From the NCBI GenBank assembly GCA_002633005.1, contig NMRA01000202.1, positions 455,667 through 519,666 of the forward strand: a DNA stretch of 64,000 nt, written 5' to 3'. The stretch is from Phoronis australis (taxonomy: Eukaryota > Animalia > Phoronida). The notes below the pieces were generated by a model. It was not told the origin of the DNA and did not search any database. It saw nothing but the letters and a program-made list of their open reading frames with translations. Position numbers and translations under genes: made by a program. Below, piece after piece: positions 35,401 to 49,110 of the stretch. Numbering within the stretch: position 1 is the stretch's first letter; each line of letters begins with the position of its first letter.

Positions 35401-36989
35401 GTCTGAGCTTGTTCACGGCGCCTCTCTAGTAATTCTTCATCACTGTATTCCTGTTCGAATTGATAGCCTGTAAAACTTAACGATCCACCTGCGAAGTCGG
35501 GACTGATGAGCTCTAGCTCGTCCTAAGTCGGGATTGCGAGTTGCCATGTTGGTGTTTATTACTGAGCGTTCTGTTTCAAAACGAATTATTCTCACCCTAA
35601 CCAATATATTAAACTGAAACAAAGTCTGTCTCATTAGATGCAATCTGTAATGCCTTTGGAGTGTTCGTGAGTGCAAATAATTTGAGAAGCCAGATAAATC
35701 ACTGCGTAACCGGCTTAGGTACAATAAAACTAATTGATGGGACACCGAGGCCGTGTGAGCTCATGCTAATTTAGTGTTTGCTGGCAGAAACTGTTGTGAA
35801 ACAACTCGATTGCCATCCCGCGGCTAGGTGTTAGGGGAATCTTTATTTACATTTACATTACTCAAATAATGATTGTCAATGTACAACTTCTGCCCTGACG
35901 GTGCTGTGGGAAAAGCGGAACCTGAATTCGCGGCCCCCGACGAGTAAGTAGACTCAGTTTCCGCGTAGCTAATTCACCAACATAATCACGTGAACATTAC
36001 TTTAGCTCACTAGTATAGTATTTTCTTGACTGGAAGTTTAGTTTCCACTGAACTTTGGCTGGTTTATGTTCGTGATGTCTGATCAGTTTCCGAGCCACTG
36101 GCCGGGATAACGACTCAATCCGGCCGGCCGCGACGCTGGGGCCTGATCGGGCTCCGAGCCACTAGCCAGGATAACAAGCGTTACAATTGTGTTTAGAACT
36201 CAAAAAATCGCAAGTCTAAACAACACAGATCTAGGTTCTCCTGTCTGTATCTCACGGAAAATACTTCGAAATTATCTCCGAACACACCCCAAACTCATGC
36301 TACGGACCTTATTGGCCTGCCGAACTTTGTAGGCTACGGTGCGGTGTCCAAATACCAATAAATCCGTAAGAGCGAAATAAAACAACACGTTTTTATAAGA
36401 ACTCGGTGTATTTTTAAGGGCTTCACATCGAAGTTTGATGATTTATTGGTGCTAAACGATGACTTCAAGCGATAAGCTGACACCAGTAACCCGTGTGGTG
36501 AACTGCTGAACAGACTGCGCGTGAAACCGATGACGTCATTGGATAATTTCAACACCTCCGTTTGCCGTCAGGTGTCAGGTAACGCAACCGTACGTGTCGT
36601 TATGGAGTAGAACTACTCGATCTAAATTGATACAAATTAGGTTGTTTTTTGGGTGGCATGCTCCTTTAATGCAATACCGAATCACTTCAAGAAATGATAC
36701 TGCCACACACTGTTGAGTAAAGCAATTACCGCATTAGACAAGTCTTCACGGATAGCACTGGCTAAAATGAATTGATAAATCGTGGATTAAAACTGGTGAT
36801 TTTTGGAAATGTTTGGCTTCTGAATTGATTTTTTCACAAAAAATTAACTTATTGGAGTTTCTACCAGAAGAACTATGATCACTGAAGCTTAACGCGTCTA
36901 GTAAAAAAGTAGTGAATTTAGATGCGTTGTGACTCTGTTCTCTGGTACTCGTTGATGCACTGTTTAATTTTTTGAACCGCAGTAGATAA

Positions 36990-37231
36990 TTGGGCTGCGA
37001 GCTCCTCCCCCCCATTTGGCGAAGTGGGCAAAAAGGCCCGCCTCAGAGAAACAAAAAGTTCGAAAAGTAGAGGACGAGACAAAAGTCCACTAAAAAGGCG
37101 GAACTACCAAAATTCGACGAATGCACATTTTATAGCTCTGAACGAAACCGTTTTTCTTTTCATTTTTAGTAAAAAGTCCACATCCCCAAAAATTCGAGAC
37201 CCCTCATTTTTTTAGGCTGGGTGCGCGCATG
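36990..37231. mobile_element. Reverse-oriented copy of the 3142-3392 MITE
   Basis: CCCCCCATTTGGCGAAGT...GCCTCAGAG matches the reverse complement of 3310-3350; ends GGGTGCGCGCATG. Confidence 0.7.
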
Positions 37232-39799
37232 TTGTGTCGTCTACTTCTGTGCTTGACTCGCTAGAGAAAATAAGCGGCAGTAGCACGTGTATACTCGTGC
37301 ACGACTGTCTGGAGATTAACTCTGATCAGATGCATGTATGATAGCATACGTTAGTGATGGCTTACGAAGTGAGTGCACGCCAGGTACGGTAGTACTGAAG
37401 TTAGAAAGTGATAACAGGCCGTTTACGAATATATGACTAGGATATGGTAGAGAATTCTACAAGGCGCTATACTGTTCTGAAGGGGGTTTTACCTGGCAGT
37501 GAACTCATCACTGTACTTGCCGTGTTTCTTCTACTCTGTTTATATTAACAAAATGAAAGACCACAGAAACTTCTGTCTCGTAGACGTAACAATCTCGCAA
37601 AATCGTAAATCACGCAAATCTTTGCGAGATGTCAAAATGTGCAAGCGAAGCACGTTGCTACACTAGAACTTTTCTCGTCATTGTCTTGGATCTACGGAAC
37701 GCAGTCCTGCTTTCTGTTCGTATATTATTAGGTGTTAAAAAGTGGAGCTTTAATACATTAGCTCCATCTTGTGAATGTAAAGTCTTGCATTTGACTGCAT
37801 TTGGATTTCTTAGTGTCGACTGATAGTACAGTAGCCAAAAATGAGTACCTAGAAAATTATTGGTAGTATAAGGTTTTTTGGTTGTTTCATGTGTAGGTGT
37901 ATACCTTTATGTGTTTTAGCTGGGTTGTAATCTTGACAACCTTGATCATTTTGGAATAAGGTCGTAATGTGTTCATTTGTGTCTCGGTTTGTCAACGGAC
38001 GTGGCTTATTTTCCGTAAATCATAATTGCGATCAATGTTATTTCTCATTAGATGCTAAGTCCAATAAGCAAAATGATATAAAATCAAAAATATTTTTAAA
38101 CGTTTTGAAGGTGAATTTATTTCATTCTATATTTAATTGTTATCCAACTGAGTGAAGACTGCTGCAAATTTAATCAGCGACAAGCACGATCGTTCTCCAT
38201 AAGTTGCGTAAACATGGTTCCGCGACATGATTGGCTAGAATTATTAGTTTGATTGACGTGCCGGAACTATTTACTGCTAACTACACAGCAAAAATATGGG
38301 CTGTACCAGAAAGTGCTGGCTGTACTAAAGGGAGCACAGCAGTTCATGTTTACTGATGACACTGAGGGGAGAGATAAGACAGGAAAAGACTCTCACAAGA
38401 ATCCGTGGTAATGAATTTAAATTTGAACACCTGATTTATTGCGGCTTTTTATAAGCATTGCCACCTGCCTGGAGGCCCTGCGCTTTCGGGTGCACACCAA
38501 AACTTATAAAAAAAACTTGTGTGTAAATAAATATAATCAAATTCCACGTTCGTTGATCTCGACAGAGTTGACAGTTTGTTTATAACTATACAACAAGAAC
38601 AGATTGACAATTGATTCCATCAATGGGGTGCTATACAAGAGGTCATTCATGTAAGATGAAATTTTGTATATTAATTTCAGAAGAACGGGAAAGATCATGA
38701 GCAGCGAACCATGAGGGACGGGGGGGTTATAGTCCCCCCATTTTTTTCAGTGCTGCGCCGCCCATGAAAATTAGTGACAATGGAAACTTACAGCAGAGAT
38801 TTGCCCCCCCCCCTCTCAGAGAACGGGCCACTAGTGATGACTTAAATGAAAAGAGGAAATGAAACGGACATAGAAACTATGCCAGGAGGCCTCCGCAGAG
38901 TATGCGTAGCCCTGCATAACTTACAAAATTATTTGATTGTTTTCCACGGACGTACAGTGTATAAGCATTTCGCTCATACATCTATGAAGGGCGGTGAATC
39001 ATTTTCGCGGTATAGTTTACATTATTTACGACTGTTTGAATTAACACCATGTTTTATCAGGTTGACATTTATTACTGGACAAAATATAATATCGAGTGTG
39101 TATTTTTTACACTCTTCACACATTACGTCAGTTAAGAAACCCCATTAATCCGTGTCTAGCAGAAAGAAATATCACCGCTTTGGGTTTTATTTTGATGCCG
39201 TCAATAAGAAGTAAGCCAATGGCACACGCATGCGTAAAACCATACGATCTGACCATGCGTTTTTTGTCCGACTGATAACGCAGCTTGCGTTACACACATT
39301 ATCTGCGTGAATAGTGACTTTTTGACATCACCCGGTACCGAGCCTACAATCCCCCAGGTCGCATTCTAATGCTCTGTTGGCGTTGCTGAATTCAACTCGA
39401 TAAATGGCAGAGTTCTATTGGAATTATTTTGAGTGTCCGAAAATCGCGCGACTTTACCGTATTTTATTTTTTATTTACTAGTTGATTTAAAGAAGCTGGC
39501 AGACAATAGCTAGAATAGGCGACGTGTGATGAAATCACAAAAACACAACAAAATTTGTTGTTTTATAGCTCTAGTTAAATCTAATAACTTCGAGAAGTCT
39601 AACAATAATATGAATATGCTTTTTTGGCTGTAAAATCTACATAGACCGTGATCCCAGAGGTTTTTTGGGCATGAAAAGGTAACCTATTTTCTGTGGTACC
39701 ACAGTGCTCTGTGGGTATCTTGATGCTTGGAAATGGCCGTCTGGCAGGTTCGCTTTGGTGGGTGTGGTCAGGGGCCGGGAGCCAAGAGAATGGCACTCA

Positions 39800-41005
39800 A
39801 AAATTGAGCTAGATCAACTTTTCTGGTAACCACTTCAAACTGCCTTCGATAACTACTACGTAATCCACTGTATCAAAATTGGTCACTGTCAATTTCAGTG
39901 GTGGAAAATATCAGCCAGACGCTTATAAACATGGTAAAAAATTGAGCTAGATCAATCCAAGAGGTAACCGCATTAAAGCAGTTGCAAAATATTCACCGTG
40001 AGCCCAGGTATCTCGAATGAACACTGCCAGACAAATCTAGTGGTGGGTTAGCCCCGCCAGACACGCTCAAATACCCGAGATGATCTAGATCAACCCACCA
40101 GGTAACCATCTGAAACCAATTGCACGATGTTCAGCACCACTGTACATGGCACAACAGTTAGATGCCAGACAATTTCAGTGGTGGGTGCCCCTGCCAGACG
40201 ATTATCAAAAAGGGTTAGAAATTGAGCTAGATCAACCCAAGAGGTAACTACTAAAACCAGTTGCAAAATATTCACCGTAAGTCTAGGTATCTCGAATGAA
40301 CACAGCCAGACAAATCTAGTGGTGGGTTACCCCCGCCAGACACGCCCAGGAACCTGAGTTGAGCAAGATCAACCCACTAGGTAACCGTTTGAAACCAATT
40401 GCACGAAGTTCAGCATCATTGTACATGCCACAACCGTAAGATGCCAGACAATTTCAGCGGTGGGGTGCCCTTGACAGACGATTATCAAAAAGGGTTAAAA
40501 ATTGAGCTAGATCAACCCAAGAGGTAACCGCTTAAAACCAGTTGCAAAATATTCACCTTACGATATCGCGAATAAACACTGCCACACAAATCTAGTGGTG
40601 GGTTAGCCCTACTAGACACGCCCAAATACCTGAGTTGAGCTAGTAACCATTTGAAACCAAATGCATGATGCGCAGCATCACTGCACATGGCATAACAGTA
40701 AGATGCCAGACAATTTCAGCGGTGTGGTGCCCCTGCCAGACGACTAAAGAAAGGGCTGAAATTTGAGGTAAATCAACCCAAGAGGTAACCGCATGCAACC
40801 AGTTACAAAATATTCTACGTAAGCCCATGTATCATGAATAAACACTGCGAAACAAGTCTAGAGGTGGGTTAGCTCCGCCGCACACGACCAAATATCTGAG
40901 TTGGGCCAGATTTATCCGCCAGGTAACAGTTTGACACCATTTGCATAATGTCGAACAACATTCTGCATGCAACAAAAGGTACCTTACAGACATTTTCAGC
41001 CGTGG
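39800..41005. repeat. Tandem array, ~140-bp monomer organised as ~280-bp dimers, probably inside a Helentron-like element (~39600-41105)
   Basis: (TTGAG)CTAGATCAACCC...GGTAACC recurs near 39803, 39941, 40084, 40222, 40359, 40502, 40635, 40763 and 40901, alternating CAAGAGG and CAC(C/T)AGG variants. Confidence 0.85.
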
Positions 41006-42579
41006 GGCAGTAGCATTCAGAGGTTTGGTCGACGCAGGGGCGACTTTTTATTAGCCGCCTCTCTCTCTCTCTACTCAAATGCATATATCCTATTCAGGCC
41101 CGTAACCGTGGCATCTTTGATATTTTGCAAAAGTCGACACTGTAGAGTTTTCGGCAAGGCCTTTGACGCAGCTCAATTAGGGGAAGGGAAATCTGTATAC
41201 ACAACGTTGACTCTCAGCTCTATGTTCACGAGATGAGACGAAATTTGTAAGAACAGAAATGAGGATGCTGTGACGTTTGCTCGCAAAGAATGGGACACAA
41301 ATTCGGACGTAATGTGGTCCAGAAAGAAAACTTTCTCGCATTATCTCCTGCCAAATTTTCATATCAACCATGCTTAAATAATTTTCAAACTCAGGTGTGA
41401 TTTTTAGCCTTTAAAATGCAAAAATAAACGATATTTTGGTTATTAGATCCACCTATATCGACTACAACGCCCGGGCACTAAAACATTTGGTCTGGATTTC
41501 ATGTACATGTAGACAGTGACCACCGCCTCCAGCTGACTAGCACAGCTTAGGAAACGGTGGTCAGATTTTACTGTGCATGAGAAATTGCCCGCATGTCTTA
41601 AAATGCGTACGCACTTACTTTTTTATATGTTATGTATATGTAGAATTCTGATGAATTATCAACCATGACACATTCATCAAATTCATGTCAAGATCGCATT
41701 GCAGTGCGAGGTACACGGCTGGGTCGAAACTAAATGAAGTTAGTGGGCCACCCTGTCCGTGCCTGTCCTCACGAAGTCAGGGAGTTCCATTTAGTCTTCT
41801 TAAATTTGAAACCGCCGTTGGTTGCAGCAGCCTTGGCGAGTGCCCCAGGTGTTGTCTCTTCTTGAGAATATGAGTCGTGATCACACAATCAAGAGTAGTG
41901 AACTGAATTTTAGAAGGTAACGAACCTTCGGAGTAGTGGACATTCGGAGTACTGAACCTTCGGAGTATTAAACCTTTGTCATAGTGACATGGAACCTTGG
42001 AAATCTTTTCCATCAAGTTTGTAGCTCGTATGAAGTCTACAGGGTTGTGTACCATTGACATTGAATGAATAGAGAAGATTTTCATTGACCAAAGTTGAGT
42101 TCTAGGCCTACTTTTCCGTCATAACGTGAAAATGATATTAAAAGAACAGAGAAGCTCACACGTGTGTGTACACGCATGGATGTCAATCCACCAAACCACA
42201 ATTAAAGTGGACACTGGATGAACAACAAATTTGCATATTTGGCCATCACTTTCAATTCAAAATTTGAAAACGCCTACACTTCTACCGTACTGTGCTTGCA
42301 ATTAGACCAAAATAGCAGAATAACAAATTTCATTTTTCTGCTGTTTGGCATGGTTTCACACCACATTAAGTTTTGGTCGTTCTTTTTCTCTTAAAAGCAC
42401 AAAAAACGCTAATGATATTGATTATTGTAATTTAATTAGTGTTGTGGTGATTTCGATAATGGCAACAAAAAATACAAGCTAATTCCTTACCAAACGGCCT
42501 AATAAATACGCCATTTTTATTTTGTGCACCCACTGAAAGCTACGTCATCATGTAGACACGTGACTTTTTGCTGTGGATC

Positions 42580-42736
42580 CTGTCTCCCGTTCAGCAACGC
42601 TAGGACCTCTCTAAAAAGCAAGACTTCGCGAGATTACGTGAGATATTGCCGTGTATTTTAAATGAGAGCACGTGACTTTGACTATGTTTTAGCTAGGTCC
42701 TAGCGTAGGTCCTAGCGTCTACTGAACGCACGCCTG
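42580..42736. mobile_element. MITE, same family as 32410-32562
   Basis: CGTTCAGCAACGCTAGGACCT ... AGGTCCTAGCGTCTACTGAACG inverted ends. Confidence 0.7.
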
Positions 42737-44594
42737 CTGTGTGCTTGTTGGCCGGTGCAGTTGAAGCAAATAATTTGCAGACAAGGGGGTCAAGGGGAGA
42801 TTTTGAGAAACATGATATTCAGTGGCCTGGAACGCGAAAAACAGGCTAAATTGAATTATTCACAGTGGTTCTCGGCGACTGAAACGGAATTCAACCTGCT
42901 CACAAAGCATTCTCACGGTTTGTTCGTAAAGATTTTGAATTTCTGTTGATGTCAAAGCATTTTTCTTTTAGTTTGAAATTTCAAAAAGCGATCCACCAAC
43001 TGCTCGTCACTTTAACGAATTATCTCCCACATGGCAAAGCACGTCTCCTTATATGGTAATTGACAAGACACAGATGTAGCACATTTCCCTTATATTAAAA
43101 TATTTCACAGATATTCTAAAATTTCATTTGCTAACATAGGAGTACTTATTTTCGTTGAGAAATTTTGTACGATGGCAATCTTGCGTAGTGGTTAGTAATT
43201 GTATCCGTCCGTCATTGCAACGGAAATATTTCACGACAACATGCGATTAAGTCTTCGGTAAAATTTATCAATAATTATATGAGTAATGTGAACGGGACAC
43301 TGAATCGTTTTTCATCTTGACGCTATGGCAACGCGAACTGACACAAATAGGTTAACAAGCCTTTTACATACAAAGAATTTAGTTAAGTGAATTTCACTTG
43401 CGTTTCGTGTTCCAATTCTAATGTGACAGATCATGAATTAAGCCGTCTTAAAACAAGGTGATTTTGAAACTGCATGTCGCCATTTTTAGCTGGCTAAAAA
43501 CAAAAATAGAATTTGACATTTTTCTCTCATAAAAATTGGTCTCATAATATACCATGCCGTGATAGGATTCTACTTCCGTTACGGTAAGGAATATTATGAG
43601 AGTGAAGGGTATTTCGATTTTCGTTTTTAGCCAGCTAAACACTGCGAAATGCAGCGTTAAGTAGATTTTGCAGTTTAGAAAAGGCACGTGCGCGCGGAGT
43701 GTAATCAGCTAGCAAAATCAAGCTAGAAGCAGGAAACTATGCTCTTGGTACCCTCACGTGATACTTAACGCGGGGTTTCCAAGCTGAAATTTGCACCGTC
43801 GCCATGGAAACCATGTATATTGCCAGTCAAAATCAGCAAATTCAGGTGTTGAGGGCAAATTTAAGTTTGCAGTAAGCACTCTTGCCGAGAGTACTTGGAT
43901 TGACTTTTTGTTAAACCGTAGGGGTGCTGCTAAGGGAACTGGGTACCTAAAAATAATTGCCATGACAACTAACGCAAGTAACTGCTTCTTTGACATCACT
44001 CAAGCTGCATAATTCGCAAACATCAGAAATGTATGAAATATGAAAGGTGTGACATATATATATTCTGATTCCGCAAATCCAACAAAGCGTTGCCATGACA
44101 GCGGAGACGCTCATCATCACGAGCATTCAAGGCAATGCCAGTGGCGTTGCTACAGTGATTCTTTGGATTAATTAGAGGCGCAAAGCCTGCATTCTTTCCA
44201 AGATATCTTTAGTCTATTATCAAAACAAGTTCACCGTTTCTTCGTTTGACGCGTTACTGCAAAATTTCCTAGCATAATTACGCTTTTGTTTTATTGTATA
44301 TGCAGTTTAGCTAGTGGGGCTCTGTCATCTGTCTCTATTTCTTTTAAATTCAATGGAAATAGTTCTGCAGCGCAAATTTAAAATGGCTGAAATTTGAGGA
44401 AAACTATCAAATAATTTGGCATGAAAAGGCTTTTTCCATTTTTCCAAAACATTCGTTTTGCCTACTGCTACTTCTGCGCCCCTTACCATAGTTCTCAGAT
44501 ATGTTCAGGCACAGAATTTTTTATTTACATAAAAATTCATAGATTAGTAATAAACATACTAATATTGCGTTTCGATTTTTAGAACTTTCATTGT

Positions 44595-44844
44595 TGCGCA
44601 AGCGTGTTCTTAAAAAAGTTGCGTCATGTGATTGAAAGTTTTAGACACGTCGAGTTTTTCGGCAAAAAAGATCATTTTACGGTTCGTGTGAGAAAACAAA
44701 ATTCTACACTCGTCTCAGATAGATGATGTGGGCAAAACCTTAAGAAATTTCGTCAAAATCCCTCGGCAAGCCTCGGGATTTTGACAAAATTTCCAAGAGG
44801 TTTAGCCCATTTCATAAACCTGAGACTCGTGTAGGATTCTCTAT
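44595..44844 (-). mobile_element. Palindrome-headed element, family 2 (head at right)
   Basis: Inverted repeat 44700-44838 centred on CCTCGGCAAGCCTCGGG; TGTGAGAA box at 44687-44694; reverse-complement copy at 50141-50330. Confidence 0.65.
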
Positions 44845-45200
44845 ATAACAACTTGTGTATGAAGTAAAATCAGAAAGCACTGACCCCGTTGAGAATTTTG
44901 ATTAAATATAGACACCCTTACAACTTTAACTTACAGGAAGGTTGAATTATAACAAGGGCTTAGACATTTGTATAAAATTCGTGTGGAATTAAACTTGACA
45001 GTTTAAGAAATAACCAATTTAAACAAATAATCAAATCAATCACTATTGCCTTCCTTGTAAGCAGACATACAGGAAGTTTCTCTTTATTTGTGACCTTGCT
45101 TTCCATTGGGTAATGTAAGCCATATCAGCCAGACATTAACCAATGAGAGTGGTACTTATTTAATGACCTTAAAACACTTACTTAGTTATCTCGTCATAAG

Positions 45201-46053
45201 CATAGGCGGATTTAGGGGGGCCCAGCAAGAGCCTAGGGAAAATGTTGAGTTTATTAATTTACCCCGGTAATTAAAATTATACGGATGAAACAAGATTTAA
45301 ATGTGTGCAGTTTTAGTGTTTGGGGGGGGGCTCAGATTCAATTTCAAGTGTCAAATTCAGAACACGGCGCATTCGCAACGAAACTATGGCTAAGTATAGG
45401 CTCTCCCGCGATATCCCAGGCGACCGGCAGTGACGCTGCGCACTACAACTCCGTTTCCGTCGACTGCTCCACTGTACAATGAAGAAAATTTACTTCATTT
45501 TTTAAAGAAAATGGAACCTGAGTGACGATGAAAAACAGAAGCTGCTGATAAGATGTGAATTTTAATCGAAGCCTAAGTTAGTGAATCACTCAGAAACTCA
45601 TAATTGTCTCTTTGTCAAACCTTAACTTCAGACGATTTCCAAAGCAATCCCGTCATTATTGCCAACACGAAAAACGGATTGGTCTTTTGGGCATTTGAAG
45701 ACTATTTTAAATACAACAAAGTTGTTAAGAACCGATTGCGCAAAATATAAAAGGTGTAATAAGCATCCGCTAAGTCGTGAGTTCAAGTCTGTAGTACTTG
45801 CAGTTTTTCCTGTTTGACACGTTCTCCGTGTTTTTTTTTTTTTTTNTTTTTCTTGGATAGCACTTCAGGAATCAAGGAAAATGTTTGATTTTTAAAGGAA
45901 AAAACAGAAAAATTTCCTGAGCGGGAAGGGGGCAAACCCCCCTTCCGACCTCCTCCCACTCGGTGCTATGCGCATCTACAATCGTGGTTTGCGCAAATGC
46001 TTACAGCCTGACAAAATGTTGGCCCCCCTTGTGATATCCTAGATCCGCCACTG
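45201..46053. mobile_element. Non-autonomous DNA transposon, TIR CA(TA/GT)GGCGGAT(T/C)TAGG, 5-bp TSD ATAAG
   Basis: ATAAG|CATAGGCGGATTTAGG ... CCTAGATCCGCCACTG|ATAAG. Confidence 0.8.
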
Positions 46054-46103
46054 ATAAGGCAGTTTTAAACAGAATGATCCCAACATTAATGGCATTGTTA
46101 ACT

Positions 46104-47070
46104 ATTGACCTATCAGAATGCAGCATTCTTGACACACCTTCGTCTGCGTTTCCAAACCGCCATTTTACCCGGCAAACAATACATTGTCGTGTAAAACTTA
46201 TTTTAGTCTATAGCTAAAAAAATGTGCGATACGAATGGTGAAGCGGTGTTGATATGGCGTGCGCAATTCCGACAGTCGTTATGCAACTCGAGAAGAATAT
46301 CCCGTCATTTTTCGGGCATCTCCTAAATTGAAAAGTGATGTCGAAAGTTTTAAACTATAACCAAACTGTGCGAACGGCGGGCACACGAGCAGCTGAACTT
46401 GGCAATGTTGCTTGATTACTCGAAGGGTATAAACACAAATATATTTGTTCCAAGATACGCACTTTTCAGTTTGGTGGTTATAGTGTAGGCCTGTCTGATT
46501 TTGACTCCGGAGTTTAACTCGCCTGGCCGCCTTTGTCTCGGCAGTACCTGCTGGATCTCAGCACTACTAGTCTAGCGATAATCGCTGGAAATTGTTGCTA
46601 TTTCGACCTATAGACATCGTTTTGTTTAGTAGCAGAGGTACGTGTTTTGTTATTCATATGCCCGTAGGCTGGCGTTCAACTGAACTTCTCTCCAAAATTG
46701 AGAGATTCGATCGGCACAGGGAGGGGCACTGGATTACTGAACTCAAAGCCTTGTTCGAGCTGTTGTCACGAAAAAAACAGTTGAATTATTTTTGGGGTTC
46801 TTCAGATTTTCGCTGGCTCCGAAATACTTTACCTCGAACATTTATTTTTTCATTGTCACCTTTGCAAATTCCCATATCATGAACATAGGATTCTCTACTG
46901 GAAAGCACCGCCTGTTGTCTTTGTCGAAACGTTTTCGGGTCGTGCAAAAAACACTCATCGATTCCTCCAGGAACGTCATTTAGTGACAGTGTATTTGCCT
47001 CTGACATATTGTTTGTTTGTCGGGTGTCACGTGACTTTCCGCAAGGGGTCGGAGCTTGCGATAGGTCAAT
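46104..47070 (-). mobile_element. ISL2EU/Harbinger-like deletion derivative with truncated accessory ORF
   Basis: Inverted ends ATTGACCTATC/GATAGGTCAAT (AT may be the TSD). ORF 47007-46786 (ESYVHDM...VRGKVFRSQRKSEEP) resembles, from memory, the N-terminus of SWIM/YqaJ-type accessory proteins. Confidence 0.55.
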
Positions 47071-48339
47071 TGTGGTACTAGTTTAGAGGTTTCTCTAGAA
47101 ACAGACTTACAGAAAGTTGTTACCTGCATGTGCCCTTGCTTATTATTGGCTAGTGTAAACCATATTAGCTAGACATTAACCAATGAACATGATGTTTAAT
47201 TACGTAAAATCACCTACTTAGCTACCCCAATATTAACTTAAAAGTTAAAAAAACTTTATTAATCCGCGATGTTGAGCTTGGCAACCCCAAACAATAATCA
47301 TTGACAATTTTATAATAAAGTGATAGTGTCTGCTTTTAACTTGACTTAGCCATCAAACTTTATTTGAAGGGCTTGTAAGATTTTGGCCTCTGACTATAGC
47401 CTTACGGCTCGCCGGTCAATCAGTGGCAGAGAAAAACGGAAAGCGATTGCAGACGAAATAAGGCGTGGTCGATAGCAGAAAACCGCGACTTAACAGGTGA
47501 ATTTAGTTAACACTTCTTTCTTAAATGTTTGCTGCTTTGTAACAAACAAAGCCCCCACAAAGAGTTCATTGGTTAGTGTTTGTTGTAGAACATAAATAAT
47601 GCACTAGTTCTGGTTATTTTAGAAGACAGATTCGTGGAAAGGGATTACTAAAGGTAAAATGCCCTGCGTCTTGTAAAATTGACAATTTCTGCTTATCATT
47701 AGCTATTACACTAGCCCTTTTAAAGGGTATAACGTTCAGTGCATAAAACAGATGTTGAACAACAACAGTAAACATAGAGACTGAGGGGCATTACTTCTGG
47801 GTTGGAGCAATTACATAGTTTATGTAAGCAACATGAATATCAAATATAAATCACTATCCTTCAATTGAAACATGATAACTAATTTAAGATACGTCTGTGT
47901 ATCAGTGACACTCAAGACTTTAAAATCTTTAAGTTAAAACACCTGTTAGCATGAAATTTCGCAAGAAACAAGAAATATACCTACTACTACTTATAAAAAA
48001 GAAAATTCGTTATGAAAGCGGTTAATATTAAGAGTGCCGTTTATGTAGGACCTGATCGACAAGTCTAAGAATAGAGCATATTGATGGACGTATACATGCA
48101 ATCTGGTTGCTATCGAATATCTGAAACAGCGAGTTCCTTTCAGTTTCATTTTGATGACTACTGTTGAGAAAAAGATGACCGCACGACTAAGAATCAACAC
48201 CCCTATAAATAGAATTGTTGTTAAAATTGTGTCTAAGTTTGATAGAATTTAAGAAAAGATCACATCTTGACCTTGATGTTAGACCATGATCACGAGGCAG
48301 ACAGAATTGATAAAGGTTATTGTTCTCACAGCAATATAA

Positions 48340-49110
48340 AAACGCCATAAAAGTATTTTTAGCTTGGTTGATTGAGTTGCATTCTTCAGTGTCTTTCGGA
48401 AGTGAATTGTGAATATCAATACACGAGATAACAATAGATCTTCCCAATGCTTGACTATAAGACTTTGCAAAAGAGTCTTTTCATATATAGATCAAATATT
48501 TTTAACACAGTCAGGTGTTTTAACACATTTAAAGTAAAAATTTTCGTGTAAAGCTTTCTTTTTCTGGACAGTTTGGACCATAATATTAGCGCAAAACTGT
48601 ATACTAAATATACAGCTTTGCGCCGATGTGGGTAAAAAAACTGGCCAAATAAAATCTGACACAAAATCAGTGTAATTAAAAACTACACTGTTCCTTGAGT
48701 AAACTAAATTATTTACAGGTGTTGGAAAAATTGACGTTCTATCGTTGTTCTGCTGCAAAAATTGTGGTACGATATTTTGCGTCAGCTTTGGGCACACATG
48801 GCTGAACATCGTTTTCCTATACAAAACAACGTAAACATGTTTCCCGCTAGTCTTACAGAAACGTGGGATATACATTCTGAACGACATCTACAGCCAATTT
48901 CTTGTTTTATTTTGTTTTTATGTTGTTGTTGAAGGCAGGGTATTACGTTTTACTGTTTTCAGTACATGGAATATTGTTTCGAAAGATGTGAATGAGTTTG
49001 TCAGTGTCATGCATTAGTAGGACTGAATTCCAGTCGAAAGATTTAATGCCATGGCGTTATTTTTCAATGTTGACTTGATAGTATTCCCAAATGTGTCTTG
49101 TAATAGTTAC
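48340..49110 (-). pseudogene. Decayed CR1/L2-type LINE 3' ORF2 fragment
   Basis: Minus-strand THLGI (~49085), LTVLKIFDLY and IHNSLPKDTEECNSINQAKNTFMAFL; frameshifted. Confidence 0.6.

Noticed and set aside
38440-38530. Possible fourth palindrome-headed element (TTTTATAAG...CTTATAAAA)
   Set aside because: Arms too decayed and no matching distal box identified.
39800-41005. Repeat-spacer or coding repeat interpretation
   Set aside because: Whole monomers are homologous and reading frames are interrupted.
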